Shown here in pieces: positions 31,908 through 43,740 of a DNA stretch of 64,000 bases. Source of the stretch: Octopus sinensis (Eukaryota); contig NC_043006.1 of the NCBI RefSeq assembly GCF_006345805.1, positions 68,138,001 through 68,202,000 of the forward strand, given 5' to 3'. Position numbers and translations under genes: made by a program. The notes beneath the pieces were generated by a model. That model searched no databases. It was not told the DNA's origin and saw only the letters and a program-made list of their open reading frames with translations. Position 1 is the first letter of the stretch. Each line of letters opens with the position of its first letter.

Positions 31908-32037
31908 GTTGAATTTTCTGCTGCTTTAAATAAAGTATATATATATATATATATATTCTCTTCAGGTACCAAGTGTGTCACTCACACCTGCATGTCATTT
32001 AGAACACTATACTATCAATACGCTTATTCAAATGTAT

Positions 32038-32072
<35 letters not shown>

Positions 32073-32638
32073 AGTCTGACTCACAACACCAGCTTCATCA
32101 CAAAATAAGACCACGTGCTAACTGGGAAGGCTCTTACGAACCCACTAGAAATAATAACCAAATCGCCTCAAATTACATCCTCTAATATAGACATTAAATA
32201 CGGTAGCCTACAATCCTAAGACGGACGAGATGGTCACGACAGGTACAAGTCTGCTCGATCAGGGTCTATCTAGGGTTAAATATCAATAACAACAACAACA
32301 ACAACAACCCACTTCTACCATAACCCCACTCCGTATACATACCCGTATGCCCCACGTGCAACCACCCGCAACTTTCTCATAAACCCTCTATTGAAATCTC
32401 ACCCAACTACCATTTTCCAATTGATGTTTACGTCATAGATCTTCATCCGACACACTCCCGGATGTTTGACTAAACATTATTGCTCTTCATCATCATCATC
32501 ATCATCACCATTTTCCTATCGCCATCATCGCTACCACCAACATCATTACCCCCCCCCCCATCATCATTCATTACACTACCATCACCATTATAATCATGAG
32601 CATCATCATGATAAGAGTGTCACAGAATAAAAGATAAC

Positions 32639-33049
32639 GGATCTATTCGGTTTGAACGGCAAATTTTTCTAACGGTGTCATATGAAATTGTCATCCATAA
32701 TTATGACCTTAGTATCGATCTATTGCATTTCAATCTGTTTTAGGGTTAGGGTTAGGGGTTGGGGGGAAGGGTATCTTTTTTTCTTCACAAATGTAAATAA
32801 ACCCAATCTGTTTCTTAAACGAGGGACATATTCATACGGCACAGAATGTTTTCACCTCAATAGACGGCATTGATTGGTTGAAATTGAAGAAAAAAACAAC
32901 AACAAATATCTTACAAACTATAGAATTTTCTCAATAAAGCCAAGAGAAAAAGATGTTTTATAAACACATTCTACCAGTATACGAAGTTTAAAAGTGTTTA
33001 GTTACGTGGAAATTATTTTAAAAAACTGCCGTTCAAACCGAAAAGATCC
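32639..33049. mobile_element. MITE with 23-bp TIRs and an apparent 6-bp TSD
   Basis: gataac|GGATCTATTCGGTTTGAACGGCA ... TGCCGTTCAAACCGAAAAGATCC|gataac; internal ttagggttagggttaggggtt. Confidence 0.8.
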
Positions 33050-34210
33050 GATAACTTTATGGTGTACGTAGAATGTAAGTAAAACTGGGGCTGGTTTTCA
33101 ATTTCCCATTTGCAACCAATTTATTCCACTTTGAGAAAAACATTCAAGTCACAGAGCGTCAATTCGCCATTTGTGTGGTATCAGTCTGTGACACTGTGGT
33201 ACCTCAGATTGATGCAGCAGCTACAAAGTGACTCTGCCTAACACTGTCGTACTTGATATAGGCGCATGCGTGGCTGTGTGGTAAGAAGTTTACTTCTCGA
33301 CCACTCTGTTTCAGGTTCAGTTTCACCGCGTGGAAGCTTGGGGAATTGTCTTCTGCTATAATGTCGGGCTTACCAAAGCTTTGCGAGTAGATTTGGTCGA
33401 TGGAAATTGAAAGAAGACCGTTGTATTTGTGTGTGTGTGTGTGTGTTTGTCTCCAATGCTTGAAAACGGTGTTAGTTTATTTACATCCCCGTAATGTAAC
33501 GGTTCGGTAAAAGAAAACGATACAATAAGTACTTATCTTAAAAAAAAAAAAGTGCTGGGGTTGGTTTGTTCGACGAAACTCTTCACGGTGGCACTACAGC
33601 ATGGTTGCAGTCCAATGACTGCAACAAGTGGGAGATAAAAAGAAATAGCATACACAACTTCTTTCGCTCGTCCCATCTCTCTCCTCTCTCTCTATATATA
33701 TACTATCTATCTATCTCTCGCTAATACACATATATACAAAAACACCAGGTCCACAGACTATTACGTACACGATGTCACAAGAATAATAACTACACACACT
33801 GCCCACACAAATAATCATACACACAATGTTTCATTTCGAAGACTAAGACCGGTCCTTCCTTTCAGAACCAGAAAATACTTCAGTTGTCCTCCCCTCAGCA
33901 ATTAATGTTTTTCAACAAAACTCGGGCGAAGTCCACGGTGGAGTATTGCCTCTGCTTCTTTCAAACAGACTAAGACCACGTCCAGAGAGAGATTATTCTT
34001 TTAAACAGCCTCGTCTCACATATTTGCTGTCTTTTCTACAGCAACTTAAATGTCCTCTGCTTCTCGAAAGCAGTTGGTCTTGTGTTGCCGTTACTTGGGT
34101 ATTTTCAGCTCTTCATCCCATCAGCCTTACTGTGTCCACCGCTCTAACCAAACCTAACACTAATTACTATGACTACTTCTTCTTTTTCAGAATGTTGCCT
34201 CTGTTAAATT

Positions 34211-34266
<56 letters not shown>

Positions 34267-35111
34267 TCATCGTTAACAGCATCAGTTTCACTGTTATCAG
34301 AGGATGTCCCTTCTTGATTTAGCAAGTAAAAGAATGTCACTTATACAATATCTCTCGCACAACGGTAGACAGCGTTACGTCACGTAACATCCACACACTG
34401 TCACATACAATGACATACTCTGTCACAAACGATACCAACGTAGTCACACATAATGGTGTCACTCATAACATAATTTCCCATTTCGAGACATAAATACAGA
34501 TCGAACGTCGCATAGATAATAAAATACAGCCATACAAACTAGCCAGTTCACTGACACGCGCATACAGACAGAATTTCACGCAAGCTACACAAAATGACAT
34601 ATGTACATAATGCGATACGTTCAGAATGTCTCACACATAGCCAATATCTCACACTTGCATATGCAGTACCTGCAGGCCTTTCGTGTAGGAGACAGCACCC
34701 CGGCATGTTAATTAAAATTTATTAAATAAAGTAGGAAGTGAGTGTAACCTTTAGTAGTATGATGACAACTCTGAATACATTTCAATACTTTTAAGCCTCC
34801 TCAACAAGTCGTACTTTATTTGCGATTGTCAGATGGCTGGAGATAAATCCATGCAAAACAGTATTGTAACTTAATGTCAGACAGACAAAAAAAATTTAAA
34901 AAAAAAGACCTGACACGTCTGCTGCACAGAAACCCATTTGTACAGTGAATGATTATATACTTGATGTTGAAGACTAATAGTGGTGTAGTTAGATCGTTGC
35001 AGCCATTGAATTTTCTCCCCCACCCCACCCCGCCACACACAAGCTTATACAGCAGACCCAAAACTACCCCCTCATAAAAGCGTCGACCGGTCTGCAAAAT
35101 CTTTTTTCTTT

Positions 35112-35594
35112 CGAGAGTTCCGGACCTCAGTTATGAACTGATTTGCATACACCCAATCAGAGCTCAGCTATCAAACTAATTGCGTTGGCAATAAGATATG
35201 GTTACTTAGGTAAGGAATGACCATGTTTCTTTTCTCTTTTAATAATGCTTGTTGTTCTTGTTTCAACCATGGCTGCCCCTGCGTAGTTATTTGTTCTTTA
35301 CTTTGTAAAAACAGTAAAGGGAGATGGTTGCTAGCACATCACCTTCTACCCGCATTTTCCCCATCCACTTCCTCACCATATGGGGCCCTAACAAAATCCC
35401 GATAATAGGTATAGATGCAAATCTAATTATTGTCTCCTAAAATCGAGCATAATTTGGCGATCGGTCGACTTACAACACCGTTCTTCGTCTTGAGCTTACT
35501 TGGTTGAGTGTGTTTGTTAACTTCATAACGAAGTCAAAGTGAGCTCTGATTGGCTGTATGCAAATGAAATCATTACTAGGGTCCGGAATTCTAG
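35112..35594. mobile_element. Putative MITE with ~55-bp imperfect TIRs containing octamer and CCAAT motifs
   Basis: 35112-35166 and 35540-35594 are reverse complements (atttgcatacacccaatcagagctc / gagctctgattggctgtatgcaaat). Confidence 0.6.
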
Positions 35595-36184
35595 TGGCAA
35601 AAAAAAATTTCGCGACCGGGCCGACTACTTCACTCGTTCCATTGTCTTCACCCACCTCCTGCCACACTACTGACAACCAATAGATCTCAAGAGTTACATT
35701 TTTCGTTATGAAACAATTATTATTGAAATGACAGTAGCGGGGTTTAGAATTGAAACCGCGTTAGCTCAGTAACAAGAAATAGGACCACAACATATCAGGT
35801 GATCTCAGCCTCGTTGTCAGTCAATGGTATTTCAGCTAGGTACGATTTCGACTGGAAATTTCCATAGGTTTCTCGCAAAAACTTGGTTATAAATCGAGAT
35901 GTGCACCACAGTCAAGCGAAAGGCCCCTCTGTGTTAGACCCTGTGTGGGCAATAAAAGAAAGAAAGAGAGGCATCAGACGTCTATGAGAAAGCAGGTTTC
36001 TTGGTCGCTGTCCGATCCTAAGTTAAAAAAAAAATCATTTGTCCACAAAGTACATATAATTTTCTCAACACGAATAAGTTGCAATTTAATTCTCAGACAA
36101 GTAAACACTGTAATCATTGCAATGTTTATGCATGGAATGGAAGCACTCCGTCGGTTACGACGACGAGGGTTCCGGTTGATCCGA

Positions 36185-36513
36185 TCAACGGAACAGCCTG
36201 CTCGTGAAATTAACGTGTAAGTGGCTGAGCACTCCACAGACACGTGTACCCTTAACGTAGTTCTCGGGGATATTCAGCGTGACACAGAGAGTGACAAGGC
36301 CGGCCCTTTGAAATACAGGTACAACAGAAACAGGAAGTAAGAGAAAGTTGTGGTGAAAGAGTACAGCCGGGATCACCACCATCCCTGCCGGAGACTCGTG
36401 GAGCTTTAGGTGTTTTCGCTCAATAAACACTCACAACGCCCGGTCTGGGAATCGAAACCGCGATCCTACGACCGCGAGTCCGCTGCCCTAACCACTGGGC
36501 CATTGCGCCTCCA
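36185..36513 (-). mobile_element. tRNA-derived SINE family C representative
   Basis: gtggaggcgcaatggcccagtggttagggcagcggactcgcggtcgtaggatcgcggtttcgattccc head. Related copies at 1-47, 13740-14001, 37075, 45780 and 54300-54608. Confidence 0.8.
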
Positions 36514-37043
36514 CGATGTTTATGCATAAACAAATGGTCTCATCAAACACCCAAACTGGACTTAGTTGTATATGGGAAATAGCATGCAGCTTCATTCTGC
36601 TCTACCAGTCATTCAACATTCATAATTGTGGGAACGAAATTTGTTTAGAGGGTACAAACACAGGTTCAAATTTATAAGGTCTTATTTTTATCAATCTTAA
36701 TAGCAAAACGAAAACAGGTAATATGAAAATAATAATTATTATTATATTTGAACATCAATCAAATAAGATAAATCCAATAATGGAAAAGTAATGTTTCACA
36801 TCAGTCCCAAAATGTTTCTACGCTCGTTCGTTTTGCCAATGAAGTTTTTCAGCGAGCATGTCCGAAGTGTTTTCACTGTCTCTATCCACAAATTCTTTTG
36901 TGGGTGCGGCTTACACTCCTAGTTCCCGACCTTATTTCAACACTCAGTTAACCAATTTCTACGTCTAAATCTAGTAAGTAAGTAAGTAAGTAAGTAAGTA
37001 TGTATGTATGTATGTATGTATGTATGTATGTGTGTGTGTGTGT

Positions 37044-37076
<33 letters not shown>

Positions 37077-38988
37077 GCGCAATGGCCCAGTGGTTAGGGC
37101 AGCGGACTCGCAGTCGTAGGATCGCGGTTTCAATTCCCAGACCGGGCGTTGTGAGTGTTTATTGAGTGAAAACACCTAAAGCTCCACGACGCTCCCTGCT
37201 GTACTCTTTCGCCACAACTTTCTCTCACTCTTTCTTCTGTTGGCCTGCTCGCTTAATCAGCGGGGTGGCGTCATTTGAAGGCTAAAACAATGCGAAGCGC
37301 ATTGTGACAAGCGATGTGTAGCAACATCTGATAGCCTGGTCGGTCACGGTGATCGCGGTGATATATATCTCTTATTATAATATAAAGCAGGAGATAACAT
37401 GCAATTTCACTTGATTAAATGTCTGTATCAGTCACGATCTTCCTGCGGCCCGCAGGACTTTACGAATGGCATGCTTAACAAAAATAATTACCTTGTGTCC
37501 TGCATGATTATCAGTTATGTCTCATGCGGCCAGCTCCCCCCCCCCCCGGCCCCAAAAAATACGTAGCGCATGCCTGGTATGTATGCCTACCTTTCTATTC
37601 ATCTATACATCCGTCTATCTGGGGTGACTGCACTAAACACTGATGTGTATGAATACAAACGTTTTACCAGTTCAAATACGCTTGAGGCACATCCGAATAC
37701 GTAACCTATCTATTTATGTTCAATACAGTTATCAGAATATATTGGTTTTAAATTTTGGTACAAGGCCAATACCTTCAGGGCAGGGGGTAAATCAATTATA
37801 TTGTCCTCGGTGTTCAACTGATGCTTATTTTCTCGACTCCCGGAAGGATGAACGGTCAAGTCGACCTCAGCGGAATCTGAACCGTGAAGACGGACGATAT
37901 GCTGTTAAGCATTTTGCACGGCGTGCTTACGATTCTGCCAGCTGGCCACCTTAAATTATCAGAAGTTATTAAAAGACTATTGTTGACTATCTTCGTTGTT
38001 GTTGCTACTATTGCTGCTGTTGTGGTGGTTTTGTTCGTTGAAGGTCAATCTAAAGGTCAGCTTCATCAAGAGGTTTCAATTGACATCAGAATATATCTTT
38101 TTCATTCATGGCGTTGAATTGGCAGAGCTACTACGATACTCCCTTCATGCTCCGTCTTGTTTTACATCACTTCTACTTGCTTTAATTTACGACTTCCCTT
38201 TCTACTATTTTCTTTATTTCCCTCAGCTCTCCTCAACATCTCTCCCCTTTTCTTTTTCTGTTCTTTTCTCTACAACAATTACAAATACAATATAACATAC
38301 CAAACTGAAACCAGTGTCAATGGATATGTTTTGCTGTAGCATTTATAGACACCCCAACCCTGATCTCTAGCAAAAGAGAACGACCGGACGAGAAGAGGAC
38401 GAAATTTTAGTCTATTTTAATCCTTCTTAATCCTAAATATGGTTTATTTTACAGTTTTTATTGAAAGTGGTTGCGACAATAGGGTTTTTTTTCTTTTGTT
38501 CTGGTCAAACAAATATATGTGAGACTGTGTTGCTAGGCTTGTTGCCAAACTATTAAAATCAATCGATCAATAAGGTCCTGTAATTAAATCGTGATACCAC
38601 GAAAGCTTTCTGGATACTCTTCAAACCAGTTTTGTGAGCATAGTTGAATGACACTAAACATGCGAAGTTCGAGTTTTATACAGAAATATTACACAATTAG
38701 TCTGCCATAATATATGCTGCTAATCGCAATGTTATCGACGTAACTTTAGACATTAATTGGGGAGACATGTTCATTCCGTTTCTCGATCTCCCTCCATCTA
38801 TCTTTCACCAAGTCTCTCCCTTCTACTCTCACTTAGATTAAACAATGCAGCTTTCTCAATTTCATCTCCTTACACCTTATTCTCTGATGAAACCTGCTTT
38901 TTTCTTTCATTATAATTGCTGTTTTATACTCCCACACCATTACATGCATACGTACGTACGTAGGTATAGATAGATAGATAGAAAGATG

Positions 38989-39045
<57 letters not shown>

Positions 39046-40291
39046 GTAGATAGATAGATAGATAGATAGATAGACAGAGACAGAGAAGGGAGGAGAAAAG
39101 AGGGAGAGAGAAAACGATAAACCATTACTGAAAGGAGATATTAAAATGGTTCGACCACGGTAAGTCAATAACTACGTGGTACATGAACCTTTACAGAGAG
39201 AAGCCGACGTCTTCGATATTTCGGGAACAGTCAGCGGACATCATTTACGGATAGCAGCATGAACTGTTGCAATATGATCATCATTCGTTGCCGTGAAAGA
39301 AGTCCAAATAGACGCATTTTGTGATGTTGTGTGCGAAAATACCTTAAGCTAAGCCTGAAAGCAATGAAGTCATAAAAGAATCATCCATAAGTTGCAGTAA
39401 GCAACATTTATTAAAATAAAAGTATTCAGAACACAGAATAACATGTAACAAAAACAATTTGCAAACATATTTACATTCCCATATAACAGTTAAGAACATT
39501 ATCATTATTGTATTGCGCATGCGCGGAAGTGTTTGTTCGACTAGGTGCTGCTGGCTTAATTACGCACGACTCAAGTTAGAGAAGGGGTGCGTATTATACA
39601 CAAGGTTTAGGTTTTTCAGAAGTACACCCCCCTAAAAATCTCCTGCGTATTATACTCAAGGGCGGACTATACTCGAGGATTTACGGTACTGAAAAGTGTT
39701 ATAAGAGGTGACAAAATGTAAGTGTATGATTACGATATCGAAACTTAGAGGCGATCGTCGCATTGGGCTGGATCATCGCGGCCACTGGCGTAGTTAGAAT
39801 ACGTGCCGCCCGGCACAGTCCTTGTGTTTACCATCCCCCTCCCGCTCAATGCACTATACAGTAGTGGTTCTTAACCAATTTTTTGTAGCGCCGTCCTTAT
39901 AAGTAGTTGTTATGTTTAGCACCAACGTAAGTGGTGAGTGAAGTATCACGACTATTTTACTCTAAAAATGGAATGTAAGCGAAATCATAAAAAATTAATA
40001 AAGACAAAAGTTGCAGGTTTGCTTTATACGTTGCAAGTCAATGACTTGCCTGTGCCTGGTGAGATCTCATTTTATTTTAATAACCATTACTAGCTTTTTA
40101 TCATGCATAATATAATTACTACTATAGGCGGAGGAGTGGCTGTGTGGTAAGTAGCTTGTTTACGAACCACATGGTTCCGGGTTCAGTCCCACTGCGTGGT
40201 ACCTTGGGCAAGTGTCTTCAACTATAGTCTCGGGCCGACCAAAGCCTTGTGAGTGGATTTGGTTGACGGAAACTGAAAGAAGCCCGTCGTA

Positions 40292-40335
<44 letters not shown>

Positions 40336-40654
40336 TGCGAGTGTGCACTTGCGTGCGTGTGTGTGTGTGTGTACGTAATTATGTACGTGTGTGTGTGTGT
40401 GTGTGTGTGTGTGTCATTATTCAGTTTTATTTCAAGATTTCTTGTCAATTAAGAGCCGGTTTCTAACCATGATCCAAGGCTCCTTCATTGTAATTTCAAC
40501 TACAGAGTATTTTTGTATGTGCAGTATTTGAAATCAGTGCATGGGTAGGTTTGTGTGTTTTGTTTGATGTATGTATTCTCATGCACATTGTTACATTGGT
40601 ACATGTCTAGACATGCGCATGTGTGTGTGTGTGTGTGAGTAATATCTTTTGTTG

Positions 40655-40990
40655 TCAAGATAATTTTGTATATTGATGTAGGGATAAAACAGAGTAAGGA
40701 AGTGGGACAGTGCCATTGGGACTATTTTCAGAACCGTTGAGACTAGTGAGATGAAGAGAGGGAGTTATCCACAGAAGGGAGACCTCGCTGAAATGTTTGT
40801 AACAAAGTGGACACGACTCCACGATACCTTTAGGGCCAAATGGTAGCATCAAACCGGGGGACAAATCAAGTAGCCTTAAGTTTGGAATAAATGATTTTAG
40901 TTTCTTTCCTGTCTGGTTGTTGTATACATCTAGGAATACGACACCTGATAACAAATGAGGATCAATATCTGTTGCCTTACTCACTGCATC
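40655..40990 (-). other. Unassigned open frame in unique sequence (DAVSKATDIDPHLLSGVVFLDVYNNQ...)
   Basis: About 110 stop-free codons outside the microsatellite. No clear start, splice context or homology; could be chance. Confidence 0.2.
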
Positions 40991-41185
40991 TTTGTGATGT
41001 GTGCGTGTTTGTAAGTGTGTGTGAATGTATGTATGCATCTATGTGTGTATGTATGTAATATTATTAAAAGGCGAGTTATTGACCAGTTCACAACGACTAT
41101 ACTGTTATTAGTATCCTTGGTAACATTCATCACGGATGTTTATACTTATTATGGTAGTTTATTATTTCAGAAGTGGTGTGCATGT

Positions 41186-41293
<108 letters not shown>

Positions 41294-41703
41294 TGCGCGT
41301 GTGCGTTAGAGATAGAGTGAGAGGGAATTTGAAGGGTGGATGGGGATATATAGATTATCCTTCTAGTAAACTAACTGATGTAAATGAAAGCCATGACTCA
41401 TTATTGTGCGATGATGATCCATTGTAATTCACTGAAGCCTTTACGACGGAATCAACATCGTCTTATTTGTTTCCAAGACAACATAATAGTCGCACCGATC
41501 ATCATACTTTTAAAAAGTTGCTTTATGTAACTATGTAACCAAGAGAAACTTGACTAAACCGGTTAAACAAGAGAACATTAAGCCAACACCTATAATCCAT
41601 ATTTCAGGATGCTGGATGGAAAAAACTTAATTGGTTTCTCCTAAAGAGACAGCCGCTCTCTGTGGTGAATATGTCACCAAATAGCAAAGGAACTCTTTAT
41701 CAG

Positions 41704-41742
<39 letters not shown>

Positions 41743-41743
<1 letters not shown>

Positions 41744-41966
41744 TATATTAAATTAGAGACAAAACCACTATTAGGCAAATCAAACATGGAAAAACTTAAG
41801 CCAATACATAAGATTATTTAATTTATATTATTTAAATATATAACAAAATTATTTTAATAATTTTGTTATATATTTAAATAATATAAATTAAATAATCTTA
41901 TGTATTGGCTTAAGTTTTTCATTGTTTGATTTGCCTAATAGTGGTTTTGTCTCTAATTTAATATAA
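41743..41966. repeat. AT-rich palindrome, 111-bp arms, 2-nt spacer
   Basis: 41743-41853 is the reverse complement of 41856-41966 with 2 mismatches. Confidence 0.95.
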
Positions 41967-43156
41967 TATAATATTTTACTATAAAATTGGATTCAATCCT
42001 AAATCTGATTTTTCCCTGTAAGTTTGGATTTATTCCCTAATATTTATTATTAATATATATATATATATAGTGAGAAGATGATTGAAAGTAATTCCCTGGG
42101 GAACCACAATATTTCGAACTCAACTCATTGGCACTAAAGATATTTCAAAGAATAATAATAAAGTATGATCTTTAATCCGTAAGTGATCTTAATACTCACC
42201 AACAAACGCTCACTGCAAATAAATTTGGCCACCTATTGATATTGAATGGTTAAAGTGGAAAAAGTTGAAGACTAAGCTAGAACATAGCAAAATACATATT
42301 TCTTTACTGCCCACAAGGGGCTAAACATAGAGGGGACAAACAAGGACAGACAAACGGATTGAGTCGACTACATCGACCCCAGTGCGTAACTGGTACTTAA
42401 TTTATCAACCCGAAAGGATGAAAGGCAAAGTCGACCTCGGTGGAATTTGAACTCAGAACGTAACGGCAGACGAAATACCGCTAAGCATTTCACCTGCCGC
42501 GTTAACGTTTCTGCCAGCTCGCCGCCTTAGCAAAATACTGCGAATATCTACCCCGCCCCCAATCACACATACTTCACCCGAAACTGCTACAGAATGTCGA
42601 AAACCAGGAAAGATATTCAAGTTGGATGACATTGTAACTGAGCAAACTAAGTATTTTTGACCCGAGGGGTAAAGAGGTGACCCCTGAATCTGTATAAGCA
42701 TGGCCAGACAATATACGATATCTCAGATCTGAGAGAAGGCTTATGTTATAGCACTGCTGAAATCAGGAAACCCATTAATTCCCCACAAGAGGCCGATCTC
42801 GTTTCTTATACACAACTTCAAGTTCTTTGAGCAACTAATCCTCAACATAGTGTGCTACAGTAGACAAATGTCACATTTCTGAGCCAGCAAAATAACTTGG
42901 TAAGTCACAAAGAAGCCAAGTGCTCAACCTCACCTAGCACAGCAAGGGTGGTTATACAAAAGGGAAGATAATAAGTGTAATCATTGCTTTATGTATGCGT
43001 CATGTATACAGAATAATAGACAGGCCGTCATGAGAACAAAGTGTGTGTGTGTGTGTGTGTGTGTAGGCATGAATGTATGCATGTGCGTTAAGTATATATA
43101 AGAATAACAATGAAGAAAACAGGGAAAGAGTCTATAATGAGAAGTTAGAAAAATGT

Positions 43157-43348
43157 TCAGACACAAGAATGAAAATACCAGTTTGTAGTCAATTGTACAC
43201 GGTAGTTGAAATACTGTATCAAACGGTTGCGGCCATGATGCTGAGCCGGTTGCGGTACATGTCGTACGTGAAGTTGTAGCTGTAATGCTGCTGCCTGCGT
43301 CACTTGGTACAGGAGTTCTCGCAGTTTGTATATTCGCTGTTGATCCAT
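43157..43348 (-). CDS. Putative 63-aa small protein of unknown function (MDQQRIYKLRELLYQVTQAAALQ...WYFHSCV)
   Basis: Strong Kozak context (ttcaccATGG) in non-repetitive, relatively GC-rich sequence downstream of a promoter-like motif cluster and an 8-aa uORF. No homolog recognised. Confidence 0.4.
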   Translation of the reverse strand: MDQQRIYKLRELLYQVTQAAALQLQLHVRHVPQPAQHHGRNRLIQYFNYRVQLTTNWYFHSCV

Positions 43349-43482
43349 GGTGAAATAATTCACGAACAGTGGAGTGTTAGAACCTGGGTGAGTTGATTGT
43401 TGAGCTGTGTACGTAGAAAGATGATGTTGACGACGTTAAGAAGATGATGGTAGCGACGAAGAAAGAGATTGCCGTAATGCTG

Positions 43483-43509
43483 TTAGACGAAGTTGGTAAG
43501 TCTCAACAT
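43483..43509 (-). CDS. Putative upstream ORF, MLRLTNFV*
   Basis: First ATG after the TATA box at 43605; TAA at 43485-43483. Confidence 0.3.
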   Translation of the reverse strand: MLRLTNFV

Positions 43510-43597
43510 GACGCTGGAACCGGCTGTGTTTTGTGTGGTTAATGGCTAGACCTTAAAAGGTCTGAAACAAAAGCCCTCGAGACGAGGAGATACTGGG

Positions 43598-43740
43598 TTT
43601 TTATAAGGAGCTGTAGGCTCAAAATTAGGTTGAGAACAGGCTGTCTCCCGTGATTTTATTTAGAGGCTCCCGTTGGTTATACGCTGCAAATTGGCGCGAT
43701 AGAGTAAGAGACAAATTGCGTCAATACCAACCAATCAGAG
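43598..43740 (-). promoter_or_regulatory. Pol II promoter-like motif cluster
   Basis: TATAAAAA (43605-43598), ATTGG/TTGGCGCG (CCAAT plus E2F-like, 43690-43698), ATTGCGTCA (CRE/C-EBP-ATF-like, 43715-43723) and CCAATCAG (43731-43738). Confidence 0.5.

Noticed and set aside
32732-32762. TTAGGG-like repeats as an interstitial telomere (also 16048-16102)
   Set aside because: They are short, degenerate and internal to MITEs.
39514-39531. Adjacent NRF1-like and ETS motifs (TGCGCATGCGCGGAAGTG)
   Set aside because: They lie next to a pogo/Tigger-like terminal remnant (~39660-39689), and no transcription unit is evident.
43290-43348. Loose resemblance of the 63-aa peptide to the Reaper GH3 helix
   Set aside because: There is no N-terminal IAP-binding motif, and the similarity is too short to trust.
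43355-43375. CAC TGT TCG TGA resembling the antizyme +1 frameshift site, with an open +1 frame
   Set aside because: The +1 frame lacks antizyme motifs (no DAP/DVP start or core domain), and the upstream frame has a TAA after 8 codons.
43190-43480. Frame with four in-frame TGA codons (selenoprotein idea)
   Set aside because: The frame is closed first by TAA, no SECIS is evident and there is no redox motif context.
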